Positions 19,454 to 29,484 are shown, counted from the first letter of the stretch. The stretch is 32,000 nucleotides of DNA from Paramicrosporidium saccamoebae KSL3 (GCA_002794465.1 MTSL01000219.1:84374-116373); one strand, 5' to 3'. The notes: generated from the sequence alone by a model not told the origin. Made by a program: numbers and translations.

Positions 19454-21428
19454 TCAACGGTCTTGGAGGTGCGTGTCTAGTACTCGGAATAGAACAAAAT
19501 CAATTTGATTTTGACGGAACACGGCATGCCAATTGCGCTGGGCATCGGACAGACGATCGTTGGTACTCTTCACCTCTACCAGTCGGTATGCACTACGGTC
19601 TGGTCGATACAATAGTAGATCAGGAAGGCCTGCGGAACTGTGACCATAATCTTCTGCCAAAACCCGAAGGAGGGGTGATAAAGCCGGTCCCAACGCGTGG
19701 CAAATATCCAATAAGGCATCCAGGGGATATTCTTCCCACAGGACGCCCAGGGCCTGACAGCCATAAAAAGGATAATATGAATCAACAAGCAGCTGAGGAG
19801 CCGCTCCCTCGCCAATCTGCGTCAGACGCGTCTCAATGGCCGTCTTTCGCACGCGATAAAAAGCATCGGTGCTGAGGTCGAGGGGGGCAGTCTGATAGGG
19901 TGTCTGGAACACATCGGGAGTATCTCCATACAATATGTCCCAGAAACAGAGGGCAAATAACATGCGATAAACACGCGATTCGCAATGAAAACCACGCCAG
20001 CCTTGATCCATAAAATGCTCCAGGACTAAATCTTCTACCGAAACAAGAACATGCTGTTTGGAGAGATACAATAGCTTACGACCCGTAGTGCGAGTCGTTT
20101 CAGGGTCCGCATAAAGGGTCACCGTTTCGGGTGGTTCGTCCAGATCAAAGGACGTATGAGTAAGCTTACAAAGTCTTCGTTGTAGGGCGATGCGACTACC
20201 GGTGCGCACGTGAATGTCTTCCAAGGCCTCTTGACACTTTTTCAATGCCTCAGTCTTGCCGCCAACATGAGTTGCCAAATTGAGCACAAGTCGCTCCCAC
20301 CATTTGCCACGATAACCCAGACAATAGACATCCTGACCAAGCAAAATCTCCAGGATGCGGTTGGCTTCCTTATGGTTTTTGGCCTTTTCCAGGAAACCTA
20401 CCAACGACGTCAGCATTCGTGTATACACCCAACCCGCAGTATATCGTCGTAGAAAGTACGAATGCACCGTCTGTCCCGCTGCGTAGCTACTCTTCCAGTT
20501 CTCCAATACAGCTGCCAGTAGATCGGGCAGCAGATCGTCTGTCTCATCGCCTGCCAACATTTCGCTGACCGTCTTTTCGTATCGGATGGCCTCGTCATAT
20601 GCAATCCAATCCGAACGACTGGAGAACACGGGCCCACTCTTTACCAGAACATAGGGCGGATATCTCTTTCTATTGAGGTCCGTCATAATGGCTGTGCTAA
20701 GATTGTTCTCTTCCTGTGCGGTCGAATCCAGAAAGAATAGTCCAAAGATCCGTCGTAACGATTCAATGGCCATCGGTGGGATGCGCACCACCGGGCCTGC
20801 AAGACCTCGACCCAGCTCCATAATGCGTTCCGTCGCTTCATCGGCAATGGATTTCCTCGTCGGTCCAAAATTCAGTCGCTTTTGCTTTGATCGTCGGGTG
20901 GCCAGGATCTCGTGCCGTATCCGTTCTCTGTTCAATGCCGAGCCCAATTGTAATCTCAAGCTTTTGGCCAGACTCCTAAGTTCCTCCAATTGCAGAATAT
21001 CCAGCATTTCTTCCGGTTCGGTGGGCTCCACTGCATTAATTAGAAAAATAGTGGATCTGCTTACGTTCGACCAAATTGGCCTCGGCTAGCACAGAGACGG
21101 CAGTGGGACAATTGCCAATGTCCTTGTACTCTAATCTATCCACTCGGAACCATCCAATCTTTCGCAAATATAGCCTAAAGAACATGCGTTGTGCATCTCC
21201 CTCTAGTCTTTGTATCCTTGCTACCAATCCAAGTTCCTCCTCGAGCAGAATATTGCCGTATGCATCCTCCACTGCTGTCAATATGGCCAGCAGGCTTTTC
21301 TGATAATATGACAATGACGGTTCATATTGTGTGAGTTCACGAGACTCGTAGAATTCATGAGACTCGATGTGGGATTCACTCTTTTCATGGGGTGTATTCA
21401 TGCTTGCAACCCGCCTATATATACGCAA
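19454..21428 (-). CDS. FAN1: Fanconi-associated nuclease 1 (VRR-NUC), about 646 aa; intron 21031-21064; start at 21428 or 21401
   Basis: RMFFRLYLRKIGWFR, GKWWERL, HCESRVYRMLFALCFWD, FQTPYQTAPLDL, GLPDLLL, and the PD-(D/E)xK nuclease motif LVEVKSTNDRLSDAQ. The 34-nt intron reads GTAAGC...CTAAT...CAG. Confidence 0.93.
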
Positions 21429-21448
21429 TTATATCCATAAATATACTA

Positions 21449-21552
21449 GTAGTTATCCCGTAACCATCCCCGTAGTTATCCCCCGTGATTATTCCCGTAG
21501 TTATCCCCGTAATTATTCCCGTAGTTATCCCCCGTAATTATTCCCGTAGTTA
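21449..21552. repeat. Alternating 11-13-bp units (GTAGTTATCCCC / GTAATTATTCCC), about 8.5 units, just upstream of FAN1
   Basis: Directly visible. The C-run length varies between units, so the array breaks frame and is probably non-coding. Confidence 0.9.
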
Positions 21553-21639
21553 CGCTCGCTACTCTCCTCATTAATGCACTCATTACTTCACTTATTACTA
21601 CACTTGCTGATTGTCTACAGTTTATATGATATATGCACA

Positions 21640-21867
21640 TTACACTCCTCCAAAGCTGTTTCGTCGTTGCAGATTGGCATGGGCCCGAGAAAACAGACCA
21701 GGCAACGACTATGCAATTAAAACACGACCGTGGTACAAGGTCCATTTGGTGGGTCACCAGATTGTTGGCGGTGGCATAAATGACCAAATAGGCCGCCAGG
21801 ATAATCAGTAGGGCGATTCCCGTGTTCTACGCAGTCACAGTGGTGAGAGGGGCGGTACCCAATCCAT
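21640..21867 (-). CDS. Candidate unannotated 55-aa single-pass membrane micro-protein with 3 exons (21859-21867, 21737-21826, 21640-21708); alternative ATG at 21900
   Basis: Two GTACC...TAG segments of 32 and 28 nt splice to MDW-NTGIALLIILAAYLVIYATANNLVTHQMDL-SLPGLFSRAHANLQRRNSFGGV*. No family recognised. Confidence 0.35.
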
Positions 21868-21933
21868 GCTTGTCGACCACTCTTCCGAATCACACCCCAT
21901 GCGATAAGTAACAACTATCCTCGTCTGTAATGC

Positions 21934-23196
21934 TCACGATTCCAGGACACTGACGGGTTGTATGTTGTCGGGAGGGTATTGGAAATGCGGCCCCAGATTG
22001 AGTTGTACACAGGCACCACCATAGACGGAAACTGCCGGATAGTATTTTGCATGGTATATGGATTTGAAGGCGGAGCCGTATTGTTGACCATTAACGCTGA
22101 AACTGATGCTTCCCTGCTCCAAAATGTCCTGTCGCACATGATACTGACCAAACTTGAAGGGCGGATATTCTTCTTCAATTTCTGCTCGAAGATGTTCTGC
22201 AAATTGCGGCTGTTCGACGGATGGAATATCGAGAAGAACACCAATGACGGCACCAGAGAGGATGGGTGCGGCATAAGGTTTGGGACGGCCGCAATGCACA
22301 GAAGCTCCGTCTGAGCTGCAGATAGCATAGCCATATTCGTCATAGCCCACAGATGCCTGAGTGGCAGCCAGGATCTGAGCCAGTCCTACCCGTACATGGC
22401 CATCCTGTGGTGTATGAAATGTAATCTCAAAATACCATCGTCCTCCACGATCGATTCCGTGGGTGGTTCGGGCTACACGATAGCCTCCATCACCCCCCAC
22501 ATTCCATTGATCAATGCGCAATTCAGGAGCAGTGTGGGTGGGGAGACGAGAGATGCTGACGGGACCGGGTGGATTGGGACGATCAAAGTCCAAATTGCTA
22601 AACACAAAGGACGCCGCTAGCTGACGCATTTGTTTTCTTAGCCTACGGGCCTGTGAGGACGCCTCATTGTCCTGTTCTGCCTCTTTGCGACGAGAACTGG
22701 CCCGCTGTAGCGGTTTGAGGGTTCCGTCTGGAAGGATTTCGTAATCGGCCTCCCGCGTCTGAACTGCCTCTACCTCGGACGGTGGCACCTTATCAATGAG
22801 CGTCCAAAAGCCGTTGAGAGTACGGCCCAGCTCTTTGCCACTCTGAAAACGTGTACCCGAATAAGTGGATAGGGCAGCCACTACGGATGTCTGCCAATTG
22901 CCGCTTCGGTCACGGTCCCACAACAGTCCCCAATACTGTTCGATTTCGTCACAAATGCTGCGCCAATGGAAAAACTTGAGACCTTCAATGCTGTGGGCTG
23001 AGGGATGGGCCTCAATCAACTGGTACAGCAACAGGTGCACCACATCCACCCAAGTGACATGCAGACGCGCCAAAGTCTCTCCCTCACCACACTCATTGCA
23101 CGTGTATCGGAGGAATGAGTCACACGGCAAAAGGGCCAACGCACAAAACGCACTGTCTTCTGTCACCTTTCCGCATTTGTGACACGTCAATTTCAT
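21934..23196 (-). CDS. ASH2: COMPASS/Set1 complex subunit Ash2 (Bre2/ASH2L): atypical PHD, winged helix and SPRY
   Basis: N-terminal CxxC...YTCNEC, TWVDVVHLLLYQL, and SPRY motifs GYRVARTTHGIDRGGRWYFEI, QASVGYDEYGY and YYPAVSVYGGACVQLNLGPHFQYPP. Confidence 0.88.
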   Translation of the reverse strand: MKLTCHKCGKVTEDSAFCALALLPCDSFLRYTCNECGEGETLARLHVTWVDVVHLLLYQLIEAHPSAHSIEGLKFFHWRSICDEIEQYWGLLWDRDRSGNWQTSVVAALSTYSGTRFQSGKELGRTLNGFWTLIDKVPPSEVEAVQTREADYEILPDGTLKPLQRASSRRKEAEQDNEASSQARRLRKQMRQLAASFVFSNLDFDRPNPPGPVSISRLPTHTAPELRIDQWNVGGDGGYRVARTTHGIDRGGRWYFEITFHTPQDGHVRVGLAQILAATQASVGYDEYGYAICSSDGASVHCGRPKPYAAPILSGAVIGVLLDIPSVEQPQFAEHLRAEIEEEYPPFKFGQYHVRQDILEQGSISFSVNGQQYGSAFKSIYHAKYYPAVSVYGGACVQLNLGPHFQYPPDNIQPVSVLES

Positions 23197-23264
23197 GCGT
23201 CTTCCCGTAGTCGCACAGTCATTGGCTCAATATCAGAGGGTATGATTGGCCGAGGGCAGAACCA

Positions 23265-25267
23265 ATGAAAAGAGAGTCGCAGTCCGATATAGGGCGAATC
23301 AGCGGATCGATTGGGGGCTATTGTGGAATGGGATTGTTGCGCTTCATAGCCATCCCAGTGAGACGACTGCTTCATGACGACACACTTGCAGGCGCGATCC
23401 TGGAAAAGGGCACGTCTGCCTCCACATTGTGGGGCGTCTTTTCGGAACACGCCACGGTATGTTCTGATGGGTAATTGTTGATCGATAGGGTGGCTCAGTG
23501 TGGACCATTGGAGCAATCGTAGGTGCGGCCCTGGCGTTGGTGGCAATGCTCGTGGGGTTATCCTTTGTGGTTATCCCGTTTCAGACGCTGCGCAATTGGC
23601 AGAAGCGACGCATCGGCGGTGCTGCGCAGACACGTCGATTTCAATTCTGTTGGCTCGTTCTGTTGGGTGTGGCGGTAGCAGTGACAGCTGACGCGGTATG
23701 GAGCAATGTCACAGCATTTGGATTATATGGCGGAGCGGAGCAGACGCTAAGAATGATTGATACAGTCCATAGCCACGCCGGCGTTCTAACAAAGGCCGCC
23801 TTGGCCACGGAACGGTTTGTCACTGGCATCCAAGGCTCTGTGATCAGTGCTGCCACAGGTGGAAAGGATCTGCAACCCGCCCTCAAACTCGTCGAGGAAT
23901 ATGCCACCGATGTTGATTCATTTGCTAATTTCCTAAAATATAACGTGTCCTTCCTCACTGAGCGGCTGAGCGACTCCCAGCTGCCGAGTGATAAACTCCA
24001 GACGATGCAGCAGATGCTCAAAGATGTGGGCGACAGTGAGGCTCTTGGAAAGCTTGCAAAACTCTCCGAGGCAATGAAAAATATGCGTGGCGAGACGCTG
24101 AATGGTCTCGGAAACCTCGCCAGTTTCTGGCCCGACCTCGAGCCCACGCGGCTGCACATTGTCGAGTTGGGTGAACGTCTGCAGAGCACCGAGATGGTTC
24201 GTTTCCTGTGGGTATTTTTCGTGTTATTCCTCTTTGTCGGAATTGTAGCCGCAGGACTGCAATTCTTCCGCATGAAGCGTTTCCGTATTGTCATGTGCTG
24301 CATGACAGCTGTTGCATTAATGCTGTCCCTAATGTATCTGGGTCATGCCTTCCATTTGGTCAGCGGCACATTGCTCGGCGCCTTTTGTGATGCATTAACT
24401 GGCGATGGCACACAGAAGCCTCTCCTGTTGCCCGTCTCAGATACATTTTCGCTCGACCTGGCCAAGGTAAATCACATGGCCAGCAGCTGCAGTGCCGGCC
24501 ATGACATGATGAGTGCTCTACTGAGTGCCTATGCTACTGACGATAAGCAGCTGCAGAACATTAATCCACTTGTCACATTGGATCCACGGGCACAGGAGGT
24601 CATTATCAAGACGCCGTTGGCCACGGTTAACTTTGCCGTCAAGGACCGACAGGTAGACTACAAGGCCGCGTTAGACAAGGCAGTTGATGGATTCGTCTCA
24701 ACCACTGCCGACCAAGTTGGCAAACTCAATGCCACATCCGTCAAGAAGATGGTGGAGGGTGCTCAATTGCTGTCCGAGTTGGACTATAGCGGACTCACGG
24801 ACACTTTGCAAATGCTCAGTCTCCTCCTCGCCACTGCTGACAGTGTGTCCTCGCCTGTTGATCTGATGCTGAAAAATTTCAAGGTTACTGCCCGTAGTCA
24901 TATTGACCGGATCAAAGCACTCCTTGCCGCTCTGAAGACCCAATCGGCGACCATCTATCCTGCCGCCAAGGCTCTCTCTCTCCATCTTGATAATGCACAA
25001 CAGAATCCCACCGAGTTTCTTGCGGGTCTACAACGTACCTTAAAGGCAGACGTTGCCCAATTTGTGGCCGACACGTTACAGCCTGCCATGAACTGTCAGA
25101 AGACTGGTGCGGTTGTAGAGGGTGCCTTTGGTACTGTCTGCTCCGCAGCGGGTGCTCTCCAAGCACTCTTTTTGGCCTTTGGGATCCTCATCAATATGGC
25201 CATTGCGTTTTGTATTATGCTGCTTATTTGTAGAAAGTTTAGCGATATCCATACTGAGGCTGAATAA
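23265..25267 (+). CDS. Pentaspan membrane protein, prominin/tweety-like, about 656 aa; intron 23457-23488; start at 23265 or a nearby downstream ATG
   Basis: A 32-nt GTATGT...TAG intron joins ORF 23265 to ORF 23498. Five hydrophobic segments fall in a 2+2+1 pattern with two long helical loops. There is a Cys after TM4 (GAFC) and a Cys pair before TM5 (MNCQ...TVCS). The family call rests on topology only. Confidence 0.5.
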
Positions 25268-25399
25268 ACCATCAATTTAGTATATCGTGCTGAAATGTGT
25301 AACAAGTTTATGAGAGTATATCCATTGATCATTGATCAAGGTTAAGACTCGAGATTCTAATAGTCTTTACCACAATCCCCAATACAAGGGCCTTACTAC

Positions 25400-25459
25400 A
25401 AACCCAAACCCAGACCCAGACCCAAATCTAAACCTAAACCTAGACCTAGACTTAAACCT
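25400..25459. repeat. Ten degenerate hexamers (AAACCC/AGACCC/AAACCT/AGACCT) starting 2 nt past the AAA-ATPase stop codon
   Basis: aaaccc aaaccc agaccc agaccc aaatct aaacct aaacct agacct agactt aaacct. Confidence 0.9.
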
Positions 25460-25461
25460 CG

Positions 25462-27499
25462 CTAGTAACACAGATCGGAGGGCTCTATCCGATCATGTCC
25501 TCGTCCAATGGCACAGAGAGCCGCTTCTTGGATCAGCTGTTTCAAATCGGCACCCGAAGATCCCACAGTATTATCGGCAATGGCTCCCAAATCGATACTT
25601 TTGTCAATGGGGGTGTGCTGGAGGATCTTTTGAAGAATGTCTAACCGATCATTGCGTTCTGGGAGGGGAATATGCACCAGTCGGTCAAATCGGCCCGGTC
25701 TCAGTAGGGCAGCGTCAATGGCGTTCAATCGGTTAGTGGCTCCCAATACCACTACTCCCCGCATCGTCTCAATGCCGTCCATCTCGTTTAGCAGAGTGGA
25801 GAGTACTCGTTCTTGTACCATGTCGCCGTGTCCTCTTTTCCCCACTAGGGCGTCTACTTCGTCAATAAAGATAAGCGATGGGGCCGTTTGACGGGCACTA
25901 AGGAACACTTGACGCACCAAACGCTCCGCTTCGCCCACATATGCCGAGAACACGGCGGCTCCGCTGAGAGAATAGAAGGAAAAGGAGCCGCGACTGGCCA
26001 GGATCTTGGCAATGGTCGTTTTGCTGCATCCCGGAGGACCATACAGGAGTACTCCACGGGGCTGCTGCAGGCCGAGTCTTGAAAAGGCCTCTTTATGTTG
26101 CAACGGCCATTCAATGGCTCTCTGAAGCTCCATCTTGATAGTTGCCATCCCTCCCAAATCATCCCAATCCAGACCGCCTTCCACTGGCACTCGGTATTCT
26201 CTAATCAGAGAGGGAGTCATCCCCGCCAGTGCTTTGTTAGCATCATCTCCAGTAATCCGTACAGTCCTAGTAGACTCATCTTGACTACCAATTCCTCCAC
26301 CTTTTCGCTTTACACATTCCAACACAATTGCTCTTGTCAGAGCTGCAAGATCGGCTGCCACATATCCAATCGTTCTTTTGGCAAGCTCTTCAACAAGCGC
26401 AATATCGACTTCAGGAAGCATGTTCAGCAACATGGTTTGTCTCATTTCTGTATCAGGTGGGTGGATGACAATCTCACGGTCAAATCTACCAGGCCTCCTC
26501 AGCGCTGGATCTAGGACATTTGGTCGGTTTGTTGCGCCAATAATAAGCAAATTACCTCTTCGGCCCTCTGCTCCGTCCATTAGAGTCAACAGCTGCGCGA
26601 GCAAACGGACCTGACTCTGATCAGATCCCGAATCTCTTTTGCATCCAATAGAGTCCTAAATATTTAGCAAGATGGGGAGTTTACAATCTCATCCAAGAAT
26701 AAAACACAGCACTTGTGGGCGGCCGCATCTTCAAAAACTTTTCTCAGATTGGCTTCGCTTTGTCCCAGTAGGGGAGAGACTATTTCTGGTCCATTCATAA
26801 CCACCAACGGCACGTTAAACTCTCTGCACAAACATCGTACCAAATGTGTCTTTCCTACTCCCGGCGGGCCCGACATGAGTACCCCGCGTGGGATATTCCA
26901 AACTCCCTTTAGCACTGCCACGAGCATCTCTCTCAACATGGAATATGCTCCATTATCGCTAACGTTCAACGACTCCCCCTCCTCCTTGATTTGGATTTCT
27001 ATACATGTTGCTGCATCAATTGCACGCGGCTCCTCTGAATCACACTCTACCCTTAGTGCTTCACTCAACTGACAGCCATCCCAAACTAGCCGACCAAGCA
27101 AATCCAGACGGTCCACGGTAGAGTTTAGGATAATCTTTGAAATGGCCGGTGGGGCTTTGCACCATATTCTTCCTACTGCGCAGAGGCCCTCCTGGATTTT
27201 ATCACCTTTCCTCCCCTCATATGAAGGGCTATGTAGTTGAATAAATGACTGGTGCAGACTGACAGCTGGAAACGGGTGCACCATATAGACCTACGTTCAA
27301 TGAACCCTATTGCCTCGCTTACCTTGTCATTTGTAACTAATTCGATAATGCTTCGATTATTAACAAGTTGCTTGCCTAATCTCCACCAGAGAGCCGGTGG
27401 CAAATATGCTCTTCCACAATGGGCTATCCCCGAATCATCAAGTACTTGATATGGGTAATATTCATCCATTCCTCCATCCTGGTCACTACAACTGCGCAT
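25462..27499 (-). CDS. Double-ring AAA+ ATPase of the Afg2/Drg1 family, most like SPATA5L1 (AFG2B), about 658 aa; exons 27323-27499, 26685-27290, 25462-26655
   Basis: D1 has GPPGVGKT and FLDEI-DSIG (29-nt intron 26656-26684), and ATNRPNVLDPALRRPGRFDRE. D2 has GPPGCSKT and VQERVLSTLLNEMDG. A 32-nt intron lies at 27291-27322. Confidence 0.8.
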
Positions 27500-27637
27500 T
27501 TACTAATCCTCGACTGCACAGCAAACCTTTGACTTTACGCCGTAATCTTTGACACGGTATACATTAAATCTCATTACTATCATGGACCTTCAACCTCAGT
27601 GTTGAACACACATGTTTATTAACATTCACAATGAAAA

Positions 27638-28474
27638 TTATAGTGGAGTGGTTGATTGCGCCTTGTTTGCAATCAAATCATTCACTGCAATGACTGCCCT
27701 CGCCAATGCACTCACATACACCATGGCCATTTGGTCATTTGTCTTTACAGTCAGCGCCATCTTGGACGTCCGACTGTGCACATCAGGCAACAGGTTAAAC
27801 ATGTCCTGTGCCCCACCCACAATCTCCTGACGAACCGGAAGTCGGCCCTCCACTACGGCCTGCAAATAGGCATCCAAGTCGCCCAGCTGTGCATCCAATT
27901 CTGCCAGACTTTTGATTTTCGTGGAAACGGCATGAGTCAACGAGCCAGAGGGTCCACGAAGGTCGCGCAACAAATGCTCCACACCTACTGCTTCCGGTTC
28001 GTCAGCCTCGAGGAATGAGGGGACATGGGCAAAGGTGGGCGGCTGGGACGGATCCTCCTGCAGCGCATGATATGCCTGAACGGGCATTCCTCCGCTGCAT
28101 TTGGCATCGATAATGCAGAGAACAGGCGACGTACAGTATTCGCGAAGAGTCGTGTGGATCTTTACATCCGAAGCCCGCAACTTTGGCCCGCTGTGATACC
28201 ATCCCACCGGACGCTCCTTTGCATTAATCTTCTTGTACAACTCACTCATGTTCTCGAGGTAATTATGGTCAAGATACCAGACAGTCGGGTCCGCTTCGTT
28301 CTCCTCAAACGGCACGGCATACGAATTGGTAATGTGGACCGTGCGTCCCGTCCAATTTCCCAGCAGAATCCCAACCACCCGTTTTCCGGGTCCGAGTGCG
28401 GCCCTCTGGTAGTGGTCCACCACAGAAAGCAGCACCAGTGGATGGACGATAACTTGTTCCGGTGCGACTGCCAT
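27638..28474 (-). CDS. RPN8: 26S proteasome lid subunit Rpn8 (PSMD7, inactive MPN)
   Basis: VIVHPLVLLSVVDHY, RVVGILLG, NSYAVPFEE, WYLDHNYLENM, GWYHSGPKLRASD and VKTNDQM. Confidence 0.96.
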   Translation of the reverse strand: MAVAPEQVIVHPLVLLSVVDHYQRAALGPGKRVVGILLGNWTGRTVHITNSYAVPFEENEADPTVWYLDHNYLENMSELYKKINAKERPVGWYHSGPKLRASDVKIHTTLREYCTSPVLCIIDAKCSGGMPVQAYHALQEDPSQPPTFAHVPSFLEADEPEAVGVEHLLRDLRGPSGSLTHAVSTKIKSLAELDAQLGDLDAYLQAVVEGRLPVRQEIVGGAQDMFNLLPDVHSRTSKMALTVKTNDQMAMVYVSALARAVIAVNDLIANKAQSTTPL

Positions 28475-28512
28475 CCGATATGTTTAATACAATTATTCTT
28501 TAACCTGATTTA

Positions 28513-29484
28513 TTACGTCTTGAGGGTTTTTTGGTGATCCCGAACAAGTCGCTTGTAGAATGACTCCAAAACTAACGCCAAAAACACCACTCCCACGCAG
28601 AGCCACTGGGACAGTCGCATCCGATGCTGGAACCAGAGCAGACTGAGTAGGATGGTGAAGAGCTTTCTGGTAACAGTGATGGTCACCAGAGAAAGGGAGC
28701 CGAAATGTTCGAGAGTGTAGAAGACGAATACCTGGCCAAGGGCGCCGCAGAGACCAAAGAGGGCCACATCTCCCCTGACGGTGGGATAGTTGCGGGCAAA
28801 GGCAAGGGCCGCTGAGAATTCGTGATTCCACGGATTCAGAAGGAGATACAGAAAGAGAAAGATGGACGAGAACAGATGCATGAAGAACATCATCTGCGGA
28901 CCATACAACCGATGGTCAATAAACATCTTGTCCTGCCAGCTATTTGTTGCTCCGTCCACCATTAAATTAATCAGCAGCAGGAGTAGTCCGTATAGAGAAT
29001 TGGCCCCGCCTCGTCCTCCCTCCTTCTCAAAGAGCATGAAGCCAGACACACCGGCCGTAATCATGGCTACACTGACATATTTGTACCACTCAAATTTGCG
29101 TCGATATACGACAAAGTTCATCAGCATGACGGGGATTAGCTTGCACGACTTTCCCAATATCATAGTTGGATAATTGATGTGACGTAGGGCCTCATATCCA
29201 AAGGGAGACCCAAGACATCCCGTCAAGGCTACGCGTGCATACTGTTTCAAGACGGACGGAGAACACGGTCCGAGGGTGCGACGCTGGAGACGGAGAACTG
29301 AGTAGGCGACAAAGACGCAGGCAATAGACTGGATGAGGTTGAGAACGAGGAAGAAACGGAACCGGCCGTGGCTGCCGTCAATGACTGAGACGTAATCAAG
29401 AGTGCTGATCCTCTCCTGCAACACTCCCCAAGTCAGGAAGAACAAATAGATGCCAGCTGCACAGAACAGTAGCTGTCCCACCAT
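28513..29484 (-). CDS. HUT1: UDP-galactose transporter homolog Hut1 / SLC35B1
   Basis: GIYLFFLTWGVLQERI, SPFGYEALRHINYP, LGKSCKLIPVM, DGATNSWQD and ITVTRKLFTILLS. The likely start is MVGQLL at 29484; the track ORF extends to 29571. Confidence 0.92.
   Translation of the reverse strand: MVGQLLFCAAGIYLFFLTWGVLQERISTLDYVSVIDGSHGRFRFFLVLNLIQSIACVFVAYSVLRLQRRTLGPCSPSVLKQYARVALTGCLGSPFGYEALRHINYPTMILGKSCKLIPVMLMNFVVYRRKFEWYKYVSVAMITAGVSGFMLFEKEGGRGGANSLYGLLLLLINLMVDGATNSWQDKMFIDHRLYGPQMMFFMHLFSSIFLFLYLLLNPWNHEFSAALAFARNYPTVRGDVALFGLCGALGQVFVFYTLEHFGSLSLVTITVTRKLFTILLSLLWFQHRMRLSQWLCVGVVFLALVLESFYKRLVRDHQKTLKT

Noticed and set aside
21476-21787. 103-aa ORF ending in GDNYGNNY repeats
   Set aside because: Its tail merely reads through the frame-breaking 12-bp array. 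Only its first part is plausibly coding, as exon 2 of the candidate micro-protein.
25332-25736. 134-aa ORF with NPNPDPDPNLNL, and the hexamer array as a telomeric repeat
   Set aside because: The ORF overlaps the AAA-ATPase antisense and simply crosses the microsatellite. The array is short, degenerate, internal and does not match TTAGGG.
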